Source: an uncultured virus (IMG/VR IMGVR_UViG_3300025131_000020) (lineage: Duplodnaviria > Heunggongvirae > Uroviricota > Caudoviricetes). From it: a stretch of DNA of 64,000 nucleotides. The translations under genes and the position numbers were made by a program. The stretch is taken from IMG/VR virus record IMGVR_UViG_3300025131_000020; one strand, 5' to 3'. The notes under the pieces are model-generated. The model had not been told where the DNA came from, ran no database searches, and worked only from the letters and a program-made list of their open reading frames with translations. The first letter of the stretch is position 1; the number at the start of each line of letters is the position of its first letter. This document shows positions 10,735-20,481 of the stretch, in pieces.

Positions 10735-11563
10735 AGCTTGCGCCCAAGGGAAGGCTCACCTCCGAGACACGGCCGCAAGAGTTACAGTTTAGATTGCCAG
10801 ACATCTCAATTCCTGGCTCATTGTTCTTGATGTAAGATCTCAATTTGCTGGAGTCCATCGCGGGCATGTTTTCTACGAACTTAGCAATCTTATTTCTATC
10901 AGTAATTCCGTCAATTGAAACCACACTAAATCTTAACCGTCTTGTCACAGAGCTTCCGACATAGTCATCAGGAAAAAGCTTTGCCATCTTACTTGCCTCA
11001 GCCTCAATCATGTCATTATCTCTTCCAGTTAGGAACTTAAAGTGAACAGTCTTTTTTGTAACAGGAAGCTTATATTCAAAACAGTTGTCACCAGGTGTGA
11101 CAGGGTCTATTGTCAGACGCTTAATCGGTAAGTCAGCAAGATTAAATACATGCTTATCAGTCTTTCTGCATCCTGGACATGTCATATTTACAGGATATTC
11201 TGGACCGTATCCTGTTATCCTAATTGCTATCATTAGTGCGTTTCTATCACCAGATAGAAGATCATTTGGGTTAACATCTGAATCCATTATTGAAGAATTG
11301 ATTAACTCAAGTATCACAGTTCCGTTGGCTATCAGTGCCCTAGAGGATAGAATATCCTCCTCTTTTGCTGTCATTGCCTTGATGTTGACAGTCTGCTTTC
11401 CATGCATATTGCTATCTGGTGGATAAATCTTACCCTCAGACGGAAGAGGAACAGCTTCAACCGGAACTTGCCAGCCAAAATCATCCTCAAGAATGTTTCT
11501 TGTTGGAATTCCAGGTTCTGACCCTCCCTCCATAAATATCTTATTTCTATCCTGTCTTGACAC
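10715..11563 (-). CDS. Tail/baseplate assembly chaperone (T4 gp26-like), 282 aa
   Basis: VPLPSEG..IKAMTAKEEDIL..LLSGDRNALMIAIRITGYG, two CxxC pairs (CPGC, CNSC), C-terminal FFWP; between tube and tape measure genes; GGGAG before GTG. Confidence 0.75.
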   Translation of the reverse strand: MSRQDRNKIFMEGGSEPGIPTRNILEDDFGWQVPVEAVPLPSEGKIYPPDSNMHGKQTVNIKAMTAKEEDILSSRALIANGTVILELINSSIMDSDVNPNDLLSGDRNALMIAIRITGYGPEYPVNMTCPGCRKTDKHVFNLADLPIKRLTIDPVTPGDNCFEYKLPVTKKTVHFKFLTGRDNDMIEAEASKMAKLFPDDYVGSSVTRRLRFSVVSIDGITDRNKIAKFVENMPAMDSSKLRSYIKNNEPGIEMSGNLNCNSCGRVSEVSLPLGASFFWPRV

Positions 11564-11584
11564 AGTTATCTCCCACTATGGATA

Positions 11585-11613
11585 AATTTAAACAAATATG
11601 CGTTCATAGTAAA
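11585..11613 (-). promoter_or_regulatory. sigma70-like promoter (TTTACT-N17-TAAATT)
   Basis: Exact 17-nt spacer, just downstream of the tube-gene terminator and upstream of the chaperone gene. Confidence 0.5.
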
Positions 11614-11618
11614 TAGAT

Positions 11619-11639
11619 AAGGCCCACATTGTGGGCCTT
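11619..11639 (-). terminator. Intrinsic terminator-like hairpin after the tail tube gene
   Basis: AAGGCCCAC-aat-GTGGGCCTT perfect inverted repeat followed by T-rich sequence on the minus strand. Confidence 0.7.
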
Positions 11640-11662
11640 TCACAAGTGATTCTCTCTTGCAA

Positions 11663-12154
11663 TCAGTACTGAAGAACGCAGTTGTCAAATCTCATCGATA
11701 GGGCAACTTCTAATATTGTTCCCTCATCATCGTATGCTAGATCACCATACTTGGCAGACTTTAACCAGCATCCCTTGAGGTCCCAAAGCTCAACGACTGT
11801 TCCAACAGGATCTAGAAGCTTAAGCTGACAATCTCTCTTGTAAAAATCAGCGTATCCTGCTCTTCCTGAGACTGACTCATAGTGTGTTCTAATCCACTCC
11901 ATTACCTGTTGAGCACCTGATGGTGCGATTGGATCATGTAGTGAAACGCTAATCTCATCAAATGTCATTCTACCAGCTAGGTATCTGATAGAGTTTATGA
12001 ACTTAACCTGTGTCTCTGCAAATGAGAAGCCTGGTCTTGCTGCCGTTTTAATTAAGAAAGCATCGATTCCCTCTATAGCAAAAACCCATCTAAATTTTCT
12101 CTTGGGTTCAAACTTATTAGGAAGCAAGTCATTAACTGAAAGTGTTTCTGCCAT
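11663..12154 (-). CDS. Tail tube protein (T4 gp19 family), 163 aa
   Basis: FEPKRKFRW..FLIKTAARP..QQVMEW..YKRDCQLKLLDPVGTVVELWDLKGCW..YGDLAY; follows the sheath genes; AGGAG SD. Confidence 0.9.
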   Translation of the reverse strand: MAETLSVNDLLPNKFEPKRKFRWVFAIEGIDAFLIKTAARPGFSFAETQVKFINSIRYLAGRMTFDEISVSLHDPIAPSGAQQVMEWIRTHYESVSGRAGYADFYKRDCQLKLLDPVGTVVELWDLKGCWLKSAKYGDLAYDDEGTILEVALSMRFDNCVLQY

Positions 12155-12185
12155 TTTTTTAATTCTCCTGAAGGATCCTATGTTC

Positions 12186-12192
12186 TAAGTAT
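12186..12192 (-). promoter_or_regulatory. ATANTTA putative late-promoter motif (ATACTTA)
   Basis: Intergenic, upstream of the tube gene. Confidence 0.55.
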
Positions 12193-12209
12193 TCTTGAAT
12201 TTTGTTTTT

Positions 12210-15200
12210 CTAAACTTCCGCACCAGCATTTGTGACGACAAAGTCTAGAGCAATGAATTCTGCTGTTCTTGTTGGCTGAACAAAGATCTTTCCTCTGATT
12301 ATATTATTGTCTATATCTGCCTGTGTGGTTGTGGTTGTGTCGATTATAACCTTATAGCGATCTAAACCGCTTTGCTCCTGAATCTTTTGCAAGATTGGAT
12401 TTACTAGGCTAGAGAATTTCTCTAAAGTTGATTCTCTATTTGGTTCAAATAGAAGCGTATTTGCAATTGCTCTAACCTTGCGCCTGATGTCTATCAGGAG
12501 TCTTCTTACATTAACTCTATCTAGTGCTGAAGCAGCTGATAGAAGCGTCTTTTGACCCCATACTACCACTCCAGTTCCTGGAAAATCTGTAATTGGATTA
12601 ATGTCTGCATCATATAGGTTATCAAGATTTGCCCTATTGAGATCAACAGAAGCCTGAATCACTGAGGATAGTGCGCCTCTTGAGAATCCTGCAGGTGCGA
12701 ACCATGGATGACCTATTGTGTCGTTAAGCGCGAAAGCTCCTAGAACACCAACTGATGGTGGACATCTAACATTCGTTCTTTTAATCGGATCCTGGATCAC
12801 AACATCTGGGAAGTATGCAGCACCAAATGATGAATCTAGTGCACGATTCTTAAATGTTGTAACTGTATCGCTTACGCTTATATCCTGGGCTGATGATGTT
12901 ACGACATTATTTAGAACATCCTTTTCTTCAATGTCCATAATGTAGAGAGAGTCAAATCTATTCTCAACTGCATCTAGCGCATAGTCTGTAATTGCCTCAT
13001 CTCTCATTCCAGGAATTGAGAGAAGCTTGATGTCAACATCTGATCTATTACCCATGATGTCGACTGCCTTTCTAAATGATGCAACTGTATTTCCTTCCTT
13101 TCCGCCTTGATTTGAATCATCCATTTCTCTCTTAGCAGCGCTATCGGTAAGATTGTATCTATCTTTATTGAAGATATTTGTACCATCGAATCCGCCCTGG
13201 AGGAAGAATGTGAATTTTGCATAAGTTCTATTTCCAACAACACCAAGATCATCGGCACTAAACGCCCTGGTCTTAAGATCTCTGTCTACAGATATTGATC
13301 CCCTTCGTTTATACGATGAGCTTACCCATTCTTTTGGATCTGCGTATGTGTCAGATCCAGTTCTGACTTGAATTCTTTCAAGTGTAAACATGTTATTGTT
13401 AAATCTATCAGCGTCTATAATACCGTTTGCAGCAGTATCAGCAGTACCCTGATTCTCACCGACGGAGAATTTTTGCATATCCAGTGAAAAGTCTGGGAAG
13501 TATTTTGCAAAATTTGCTAAAGTCATGTCGAATAAATCTGGTTTATTCGGCTCATCTGCATCTGTCTTTCTAGTAGACTGAACACCCCAGTAAAGCTGAG
13601 ATGATGTTCTCTTCTTATTGCCTGTTCCAAAGTTAAGGTGCTCTCTAAATGGAACTGGGGGCTCCTGAACTTTCTTAAGAACATTCCATGATCCCGTTAG
13701 AAGCATTCCGCTTGGTCCAGCTGCTGCATTTTCTAGCTCTAAGTTCGTAAGAGGAGATGTTCCAGAGGTCATCAGATGCCTAAATCCTCTAAATCCCATT
13801 GGAAGTGCATTGTCTGGAACTTCTCCTGATCTCTGTGTATCACTAACCTTGACTCTAATATATCTGGACTGATTTACAAAGTCTCCATCTACTACTAGCT
13901 TTTGAGAGTCAGAAGCTTGATCAAAGTCAAAATATGCCTTCTGGTCACCGATAACTCTTGCAAAATATCTATCAGACTCTCTATCTATACTGAGTCCTCT
14001 AAATGACTCAAGAACAACCCTCTCTTCATCTGTATCAAAGAAGTCTCTAATCACAAGGTCAAATTTTCCGAATGTATTTGTGTCAGAATTTGACTTAGCA
14101 AGATTTTCAATAGAAACCTTGACATTAGTGCTTACAGAATCACCATCTGAAAGTGATTCAACTCTAAATAAGTTATATGGCTTTCCACCAAAGTTTTGAG
14201 AAATAACAAACGGAGATTTTGCTGCTGTAAACCTATTTTGCCAGTTCTCGAAATCTGGTGTTGTTGCGTTTCCTCCATCCTGTGAAGGATGAGACATTGC
14301 ACCCGTAGTTAAAAATACAATTTCTTCAGTATTTGTATCAAGTCGAGTTCCAGTTAAAATTCCAGATCCTGTGGGAACTGCAATTGCTGTATGGATATCA
14401 TAATGTGTGTATAGTAAATGACCCTTCTTTTCAATCTGTGTTGGGTCTGTATTAAGAACTCTAGAAATATATGTCGGTGAGTTCACATCCATCGATGCTG
14501 TTATGACCCTAGGGTCAGCTCCCAATCCCTTTAGACCGTTTAGGAATATAACAAAATCCTGGGAAGACATTACCATGCTTCCTGTTGTAGATCCCTTGAT
14601 GCTTGCATCTCTGACACCAGCTGCAGTCTGAATTGCATTGGCAGTAGCTGCGGGACCAGATCCCACACCGGCGGTGATTGTACTAGAAGAAAGAGTAAGA
14701 ATAACACCAGAAGGTGCCATCACAACTCCTCTAAGAATCGGAACTCCCTGCCAGGCTTGCATGTCCTGATCTGCGCTAGAGAAGTTGACAGTCACTTCAG
14801 GCGTCGGTATCCCAGCATCAGTGAATATACTAGATCCAGCTGATTGAGACATATAGCATCCAAGGAAATATGTGTTTCCATGCTGACCTGTGTTACAGTA
14901 CGGATTATGTCCAATTAAGCCATTTGCCTGAACCTGTCTTGCTCCAACGACAAACCCAGCATTTGTTACATTTCCTGAAGAACTGTTTCTCTTCTTTCCG
15001 TCACCGACCCCAAGCACTCTCACATACGTGAGAGATTGAGCATTTTTTAGCCACTCATTGACAGCAAGTGGGCCAAATTTTTCCCCATCTGTAGCACCAA
15101 ATGTAGATATAAATTCTGAAAAATTGGCAACTGTTACCGGGACAAATGCGGGCCCAAGATTGGAAGTTCCAATAACTCCAGCTGGAATTCCCGACGGACC

Positions 15201-15272
15201 AGCAACACTGGGTGTTGAAAGATCAATTTCCCTTGTGCTAACGCCTGCACTTTTGAATGTCAATTCAGCCAT
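12210..15272 (-). CDS. Tail sheath protein (gp18 family), copy 2, 1020 aa
   Basis: N-terminal SAGVSTREIDLS..GPAFVPVTV; C-terminal PWFAPAGFSRG..LYDADINPI..VWGQKTL..ALDRVNVRRLL..LFEPN..PTRTAEFIALDF. Confidence 0.92.
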   Translation of the reverse strand: MAELTFKSAGVSTREIDLSTPSVAGPSGIPAGVIGTSNLGPAFVPVTVANFSEFISTFGATDGEKFGPLAVNEWLKNAQSLTYVRVLGVGDGKKRNSSSGNVTNAGFVVGARQVQANGLIGHNPYCNTGQHGNTYFLGCYMSQSAGSSIFTDAGIPTPEVTVNFSSADQDMQAWQGVPILRGVVMAPSGVILTLSSSTITAGVGSGPAATANAIQTAAGVRDASIKGSTTGSMVMSSQDFVIFLNGLKGLGADPRVITASMDVNSPTYISRVLNTDPTQIEKKGHLLYTHYDIHTAIAVPTGSGILTGTRLDTNTEEIVFLTTGAMSHPSQDGGNATTPDFENWQNRFTAAKSPFVISQNFGGKPYNLFRVESLSDGDSVSTNVKVSIENLAKSNSDTNTFGKFDLVIRDFFDTDEERVVLESFRGLSIDRESDRYFARVIGDQKAYFDFDQASDSQKLVVDGDFVNQSRYIRVKVSDTQRSGEVPDNALPMGFRGFRHLMTSGTSPLTNLELENAAAGPSGMLLTGSWNVLKKVQEPPVPFREHLNFGTGNKKRTSSQLYWGVQSTRKTDADEPNKPDLFDMTLANFAKYFPDFSLDMQKFSVGENQGTADTAANGIIDADRFNNNMFTLERIQVRTGSDTYADPKEWVSSSYKRRGSISVDRDLKTRAFSADDLGVVGNRTYAKFTFFLQGGFDGTNIFNKDRYNLTDSAAKREMDDSNQGGKEGNTVASFRKAVDIMGNRSDVDIKLLSIPGMRDEAITDYALDAVENRFDSLYIMDIEEKDVLNNVVTSSAQDISVSDTVTTFKNRALDSSFGAAYFPDVVIQDPIKRTNVRCPPSVGVLGAFALNDTIGHPWFAPAGFSRGALSSVIQASVDLNRANLDNLYDADINPITDFPGTGVVVWGQKTLLSAASALDRVNVRRLLIDIRRKVRAIANTLLFEPNRESTLEKFSSLVNPILQKIQEQSGLDRYKVIIDTTTTTQADIDNNIIRGKIFVQPTRTAEFIALDFVVTNAGAEV

Positions 15273-15300
15273 TCCAAACCTCTCTAAAATCTCTTGTCAT

Positions 15301-15307
15301 TAAATAT
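15301..15307 (-). promoter_or_regulatory. ATANTTA putative late-promoter motif (ATATTTA)
   Basis: In the short spacer between the two sheath genes. Confidence 0.55.
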
Positions 15308-15310
15308 AGA

Positions 15311-18300
15311 TCACTCAAAACTTACACCTGAATTAGTAATAATGAAATCAATAGCAATAAACTCAACCGCTCTAGTTGGAACCAGCACTATTCTTCCGTT
15401 TAGCCTATTAGACTCAATATCCTCTGTAGTGTTATTTGAATCATCCATAATGACCCTAAACTGATCTATTCCTTGCTGGCTCTGTATTGTTGCTAATAGC
15501 GGGGCAACCTGTGATATAAACTTAGCTCTAGTTCCAGGAGTATTTTGCTCAAATACAAGTTTCTTTGCAACGTCTGATACAAGCCGCTTAACCTCAAGAA
15601 GCATTCTTCTAACATTCACTCTATCTAGAGCAGATCTTGCCTGCTGAAGCGTCTTCTGTCCAAATATAACAAATCCCGCCTGGGGAAATGATGCTATTGG
15701 ATTAATCCTAGAGTCATAAAGGTTATCCCTATCTTCACTATTAAGCCGTGTAGCAACATTGACAACGTTTGAAAGAGCTGCTCTGTTAAATCCGGCAGGT
15801 GCAAACCACGGATAGGCAACAGAATCATTAAATCCAAGAGCAGATAGTGCAGCAATTGATGCTGGGACTTTTACGGGATTTCCGTTTCTATCATCTACCA
15901 TGCTTATATCTGGGAAGTAGGTTGCCGAATAGTTGTTATCTATAGCCCTAGAGTCCATCTTAGCTCTTGTCTTTCCAACATTTGGTCTAAGATCATCACT
16001 GTCAAAAATTCTAACATCACCATCTGTATAGCTTGGAATATCCATTAGGTAGATAGCCTGACTATATTCTCTAGTTCTATCAGCTGCTCTATCTGTTACA
16101 AAGCTGTCTCTTATTCCTGGAACTGCAAGAATATTAATTCTTGTAACCATCGGATCTGTCATAATATCAATTGCAGATCTATAGGATGCTACAGTGTTAT
16201 TGTGCTTGCCTGCTCCGACATAAGATGTTGCAGCAAGCCCTATATCAAGATCTGTATTTGCAGCAGGATATTGCCTACTTGCCTTTCCTCTTGTATCTGA
16301 AGAGCTTGCTCTGTCATTCATCCTTCCCATATCTGGATCTAGAATGTTTGTTCCGTCGTACCCTCCGTACATTATGTTCGTAAATTTAGCATACTGAGTA
16401 AATCTATTGAAGTACGTAGATGACGTTAGGTTGAGCAGTGTGCCAAGAGTCAGTCTATTATCAACAGTAGCTCCTCGCTGATTAATGGCATAGCTTAGTC
16501 CAGGCTCTGGTCGACCATTTCTAATATATGCTGATTCCAGCATGTGCTCCCCGGCTGTTCCTGTAAGGTCTGCATGAATTGTATCATAGACATTTCTAAC
16601 AGATCCCGCCTTATTCAACGTTGTGCTTAGCGCAACCTTGTTAAGCGAAAATTCATTATTGCAAAAAATATCAGCTCCCGAACCTGTTACAAGTGCGTCA
16701 AGCTTTTTTATTCCTAAAAATCTAGTGTACGATCTTACGAGCTCATTTATTTCACCTGAAGCATTTGCATTGAGAATGGCGTCTCCCATTGATCCTGTTC
16801 TTGGAATTCTGCTCGTTCTTATTCCCCAGTAAAATTTAGTGCTAACTCTCTCGTTTGTGCCGGGCTTTCCTGGATATCCAGACTTAGCAGTTGTTCCCTG
16901 TGTAACCTTAAACCTTAGTGGGACAGGTGGGACTATAGACCCAGTAAGTGCTGTCGGCTCATTATGCTTAACCCCGGGTCCACTTCCTGAACAGAATGCC
17001 AGTCTAACACCGCTTGAGCCACCATTTAGGACATCCTTAATGGGTCGTCTTAATGCAGCATCTGTTAGACTGTCTGCAAGCCAGTTATTTGTCTTCAGAA
17101 CAGGTAGTCCCCTAAATCCAAACGGCATTGCACTTGCAGGAACATTTCCATTCTTAATATCATCGCTTAAGACTATTCTAACTGCCCTTGAAACATTTGG
17201 ATAGTCTCCCTTGACTATGTACCTTCTTTCATCTTCGCTTAGAGCATCAAAATTGTACTTAACACTTAGGTCTCCAACCTTTCTAGCAACAAAGTTTTCA
17301 TCTGTTGGATCAAGTGTACATAGCGGATATTGTTCTACTATTTGAGGTGAAACATCAGAGTCACCAAACCTTCTAATTTGAACTGTAAAAGATCCGTACT
17401 CAGACTTTGGATCTGTTGATTTTCTAAGGTCTGCAATTGATACCTTATACTTATCAGCAGTGTTTGCACCATCGTCAAGTGTTTCAAAGTAAAAGAGGTT
17501 ATAAGAGTTTTCTCCGTACTTTTGAGATGTAAAGTATGTTGTTCTAGATGAGCTATATCTAGTATCAAATCTTCCATACATGTCTCTGTATGTCAGAGAT
17601 GTATCTCCCGATCCATCAGAGGTTGAAGCTGATCCTGAAACTATTCCAACCCAGTTTGTTGCAGTTGCAACCTCATCCTCGACAGAAAAATCGGCATAGA
17701 GAAGATGCTGCTCTTCTTGAAATCTCTCAGGATCTGTGTTTAGAATCTTAGAAATATAATCATCATTTGTTGGATTAAGAGATGCAGTTAAAATTCTAAT
17801 TCCTGCCTTATTTTCATCATTTGCAAATGATGATCCTGCAGAACTTGAAATTACTACCTTAAACTTTTTGTATACTAGTGAGTTATTGACATCATATCCC
17901 ATTCCTGCAACATCCTTGGCAGATGCTGTGACGGGATAGTTCTCCCAATAAGATAGAACCTGTACCCTACTTCCTGTTGAAGTAAAGATCATTCCTCTGA
18001 CGAGATGAACATCACCGCCTGTCTCAATGGCAAAGCTATCATTGTCAGTAAATACTGGATAGCCTTGAGTTTCATTCGTCTGAATTGTATGCTTTGCTGT
18101 TAAGAATTGAACAGAACCCTGATGTCCAACATTGGGACCCTGGGGTTGAGTTGATACAGATCCAATTACCCTAAATCCTGCATTTGTAACAGTTCCGTGG
18201 GCTATTGTTTTTTGAATGTCTGTTGTGCTTGTATTTGCACCTGCACCAAGGACTCTCATAAATGTTACAGCAGTTCTATTCTTAAGAAATTCATTTACAG

Positions 18301-18505
18301 CATAGGGTCCAAACTTAGTAGAATCTAAATCACCAAATTTCTCCTTAAAGTCTATAAATGATCCAATTGTTACTGGAATAAATGCTGGACCAAATTCTGA
18401 TGTCCCAATGATACCTGCAGGTGTTCCTGCAACTTCCTGGACTCTCCCCGATAGGTCTATCTCTTTTTCAAAGAATCCTGGCGATCTGAAGGTCTGCTCG
18501 GCCAT
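15311..18505 (-). CDS. Tail sheath protein (gp18 family), copy 1, 1064 aa
   Basis: RSPGFFEKEIDLS..GPAFIPVTI; YPWFAPAGFNRA..LYDSRINPI..IFGQKTL..ALDRVNVRRML..PTRAVEFIAIDF. Confidence 0.92.
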   Translation of the reverse strand: MAEQTFRSPGFFEKEIDLSGRVQEVAGTPAGIIGTSEFGPAFIPVTIGSFIDFKEKFGDLDSTKFGPYAVNEFLKNRTAVTFMRVLGAGANTSTTDIQKTIAHGTVTNAGFRVIGSVSTQPQGPNVGHQGSVQFLTAKHTIQTNETQGYPVFTDNDSFAIETGGDVHLVRGMIFTSTGSRVQVLSYWENYPVTASAKDVAGMGYDVNNSLVYKKFKVVISSSAGSSFANDENKAGIRILTASLNPTNDDYISKILNTDPERFQEEQHLLYADFSVEDEVATATNWVGIVSGSASTSDGSGDTSLTYRDMYGRFDTRYSSSRTTYFTSQKYGENSYNLFYFETLDDGANTADKYKVSIADLRKSTDPKSEYGSFTVQIRRFGDSDVSPQIVEQYPLCTLDPTDENFVARKVGDLSVKYNFDALSEDERRYIVKGDYPNVSRAVRIVLSDDIKNGNVPASAMPFGFRGLPVLKTNNWLADSLTDAALRRPIKDVLNGGSSGVRLAFCSGSGPGVKHNEPTALTGSIVPPVPLRFKVTQGTTAKSGYPGKPGTNERVSTKFYWGIRTSRIPRTGSMGDAILNANASGEINELVRSYTRFLGIKKLDALVTGSGADIFCNNEFSLNKVALSTTLNKAGSVRNVYDTIHADLTGTAGEHMLESAYIRNGRPEPGLSYAINQRGATVDNRLTLGTLLNLTSSTYFNRFTQYAKFTNIMYGGYDGTNILDPDMGRMNDRASSSDTRGKASRQYPAANTDLDIGLAATSYVGAGKHNNTVASYRSAIDIMTDPMVTRINILAVPGIRDSFVTDRAADRTREYSQAIYLMDIPSYTDGDVRIFDSDDLRPNVGKTRAKMDSRAIDNNYSATYFPDISMVDDRNGNPVKVPASIAALSALGFNDSVAYPWFAPAGFNRAALSNVVNVATRLNSEDRDNLYDSRINPIASFPQAGFVIFGQKTLQQARSALDRVNVRRMLLEVKRLVSDVAKKLVFEQNTPGTRAKFISQVAPLLATIQSQQGIDQFRVIMDDSNNTTEDIESNRLNGRIVLVPTRAVEFIAIDFIITNSGVSFE

Positions 18506-18539
18506 AGATCATTCTCCTATAAATCAGTCTACACACATA

Positions 18540-18546
18540 TAACTAT
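18540..18546 (-). promoter_or_regulatory. ATANTTA putative late-promoter motif (ATAGTTA)
   Basis: Intergenic, upstream of sheath copy 1 and its AGGAG SD. Confidence 0.5.
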
Positions 18547-18580
18547 TGAACTGGACATCAAATGTCTTATAAAGATCTTA

Positions 18581-19801
18581 TCAACATTCGTCTTCACCTG
18601 TGTCATCTGTAGTTTCAAGTTTAACTACTATTCTTGAACTAGCTACTGTCTCACCTGCTCTCTGATTTCTTGTCAATACCTTGACAAATCTTTTCTTCTC
18701 CTTTCCAGTAAACGGGTCAGCTATTGTCTCTAGAAGCCTAACGCTGTCTCTTCCTCTTTGAGTAGGCTCTCTTCCTGACGCATTTAGCTCTTGAGTATCA
18801 CTTAATATAAAATTATTAACATTATTTTTAGCTGGCCCCTTTGAAGTAATTGATGAGACCTGTGTGCTAACTTGATTTATACCAAATTCAATCTGCGGTG
18901 CAGACAGATACCGCTTATATGGTGATGGAAGACCATCATCAGAATCTGGCGCTATGATAAATCCCGGAACCTTAATATTAAAATTATACTTTATAACTCT
19001 CTCACTATCTGTATAGTCACTAAAGTTAGTTTCTGCTGAAAATTGTCCCTGAAAATATGCAACTAGCTCGTAGCCCTCCCTTGTCACTATCTGAAAGGCT
19101 TTTTCCTGTCCATCGAACTGAATAAGCATGGATTCTAATAGCTTGTTCATGTTTTGCATATACTGTGTCCAGAATGTCACGTTATACTCAATTAAAATAA
19201 ATTCTGGATATGGGACAGTTATTATCTCAAAAATATTATTACCAATTGATGGCCTAAGCATGCTATCAGGAGGTGAATCTAAAAATGAAAGATTTGTTGT
19301 GTTTCTTCTAGATGCTATCGTTCCAGGCTTTGCGTAAAGTCCAGGAAATTCTGTAGTATTTCCAAAATGACCCCTGGTTGCAACATTTGATTGATTCTTT
19401 AATCTCTTTTTGTTTATTATGTTTTGATAATCCCTATCTTTCTCACTCAGTCTTCTTTTAACTACATAAGAAATCTGATCCCTTGTTGCTATTGGTGTCC
19501 CATACGTGCCCAGTCCCGGAGAATAGTCTATTGTTCCCCTTTCAATAGAGATTATCGGAAGAATGAGAGCATTATTAACATCTCTAAAGTTTGCAGATCG
19601 TCTTGTCAAAGCGAATCTCTCACCTGCTGCAAAGACAACGGGAACTTTTTTAGACTCTCCGTCGACATCAATTGAAAAATTAAGCCTTCTATCAAATAAG
19701 TGAAAAAGTGCCCTGTCTATATCTTCAATTCCGCATGATGGAATATGAAAATCTTCTGGTATACTTGTATCCTCAAATTTTGGCGGAATTCCTTCAGACA
19801 T
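18581..19801 (-). CDS. Tail terminator / sheath stabiliser-like protein (gp15 type), 406 aa
   Basis: IEDIDRAL..KVPVVFAAGERF..LILPIISIER..YNVTFWTQYMQNMNKLLE..ERVIKYNFNIKVPG; between neck and sheath genes. Confidence 0.6.
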   Translation of the reverse strand: MSEGIPPKFEDTSIPEDFHIPSCGIEDIDRALFHLFDRRLNFSIDVDGESKKVPVVFAAGERFALTRRSANFRDVNNALILPIISIERGTIDYSPGLGTYGTPIATRDQISYVVKRRLSEKDRDYQNIINKKRLKNQSNVATRGHFGNTTEFPGLYAKPGTIASRRNTTNLSFLDSPPDSMLRPSIGNNIFEIITVPYPEFILIEYNVTFWTQYMQNMNKLLESMLIQFDGQEKAFQIVTREGYELVAYFQGQFSAETNFSDYTDSERVIKYNFNIKVPGFIIAPDSDDGLPSPYKRYLSAPQIEFGINQVSTQVSSITSKGPAKNNVNNFILSDTQELNASGREPTQRGRDSVRLLETIADPFTGKEKKRFVKVLTRNQRAGETVASSRIVVKLETTDDTGEDEC

Positions 19802-19812
19802 ATATCATACCC

Positions 19813-20478
19813 CTATTCATCATCATAAAAACTAGACCCACTCTTTCCAGGAATCCCTCTTCTAGAAACCTCCCTAGGTCTTGATATGGGCTCTGTTAGA
19901 ATGCCCTTTTGCCTAAGATTTCTTCTATCTTCTGTTTCACCGAGACGATTTTCCTTAAATCCTCTCTGCTGAACAAATGTCTCCTGTACTGAATCTGAAT
20001 CTGTATATTCCTCTGAAGTTGGACCAAACACCCTTGTAACAAACTGACCTGCTCTTGACTGTTTTCCCCTAACAGTAATAAAGCTCTTGTATTCAATTTC
20101 TCCGAAAATATCCTTGGAATCCGGTGCTGTAACGACTTCAAAAAATACTGTACCGTAGCTAAAAAAATCACCTTCGAGAATTTTTATTCCCTTTTCTATA
20201 AGATCTCTTTTTTGAATATAGGCTTCAATAGTATAGTATTCTTCACTTCCAAATCTATCTGTCTTAATTGCTTGAGGCTCATACTTCACTAAAGCGTCTA
20301 TTGCGATTGGAGTTTCAAAAATTTTCTCAGGTGCCTCCTCATAGACATCGTGAACATTTGTCTTTATTTCTGATATCTGGAAGTAATAAATTTTTTGACC
20401 AATGACATCTTTAACAAGCTCCTTTGCAGTGTCATTTATAAAGTCTATCTCCCTTGGTGTGATAAAAAGTCGTGCCAT
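19813..20478 (-). CDS. Neck / head-closure protein (gp14-like), 221 aa
   Basis: ELVKDVIGQKIYYF..HDVYEEA..KIF..EGDFFSYG..FEV; synteny after the gp13-like gene. Confidence 0.65.
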   Translation of the reverse strand: MARLFITPREIDFINDTAKELVKDVIGQKIYYFQISEIKTNVHDVYEEAPEKIFETPIAIDALVKYEPQAIKTDRFGSEEYYTIEAYIQKRDLIEKGIKILEGDFFSYGTVFFEVVTAPDSKDIFGEIEYKSFITVRGKQSRAGQFVTRVFGPTSEEYTDSDSVQETFVQQRGFKENRLGETEDRRNLRQKGILTEPISRPREVSRRGIPGKSGSSFYDDE

Positions 20479-20481
20479 GAA

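Noticed and set aside
10720..10738. Canonical lambda-type -1 frameshift at the chaperone T-run
   Set aside because: The -1 frame stops two codons later (TTG GCC TAG); only the +1/-2 frame is open
4232..19801. Extracellular contractile injection system or tailocin (two sheaths, tube, LysM, hub)
   Set aside because: Contiguous terminase, portal, protease, scaffold, MCP and neck genes show a complete phage virion module
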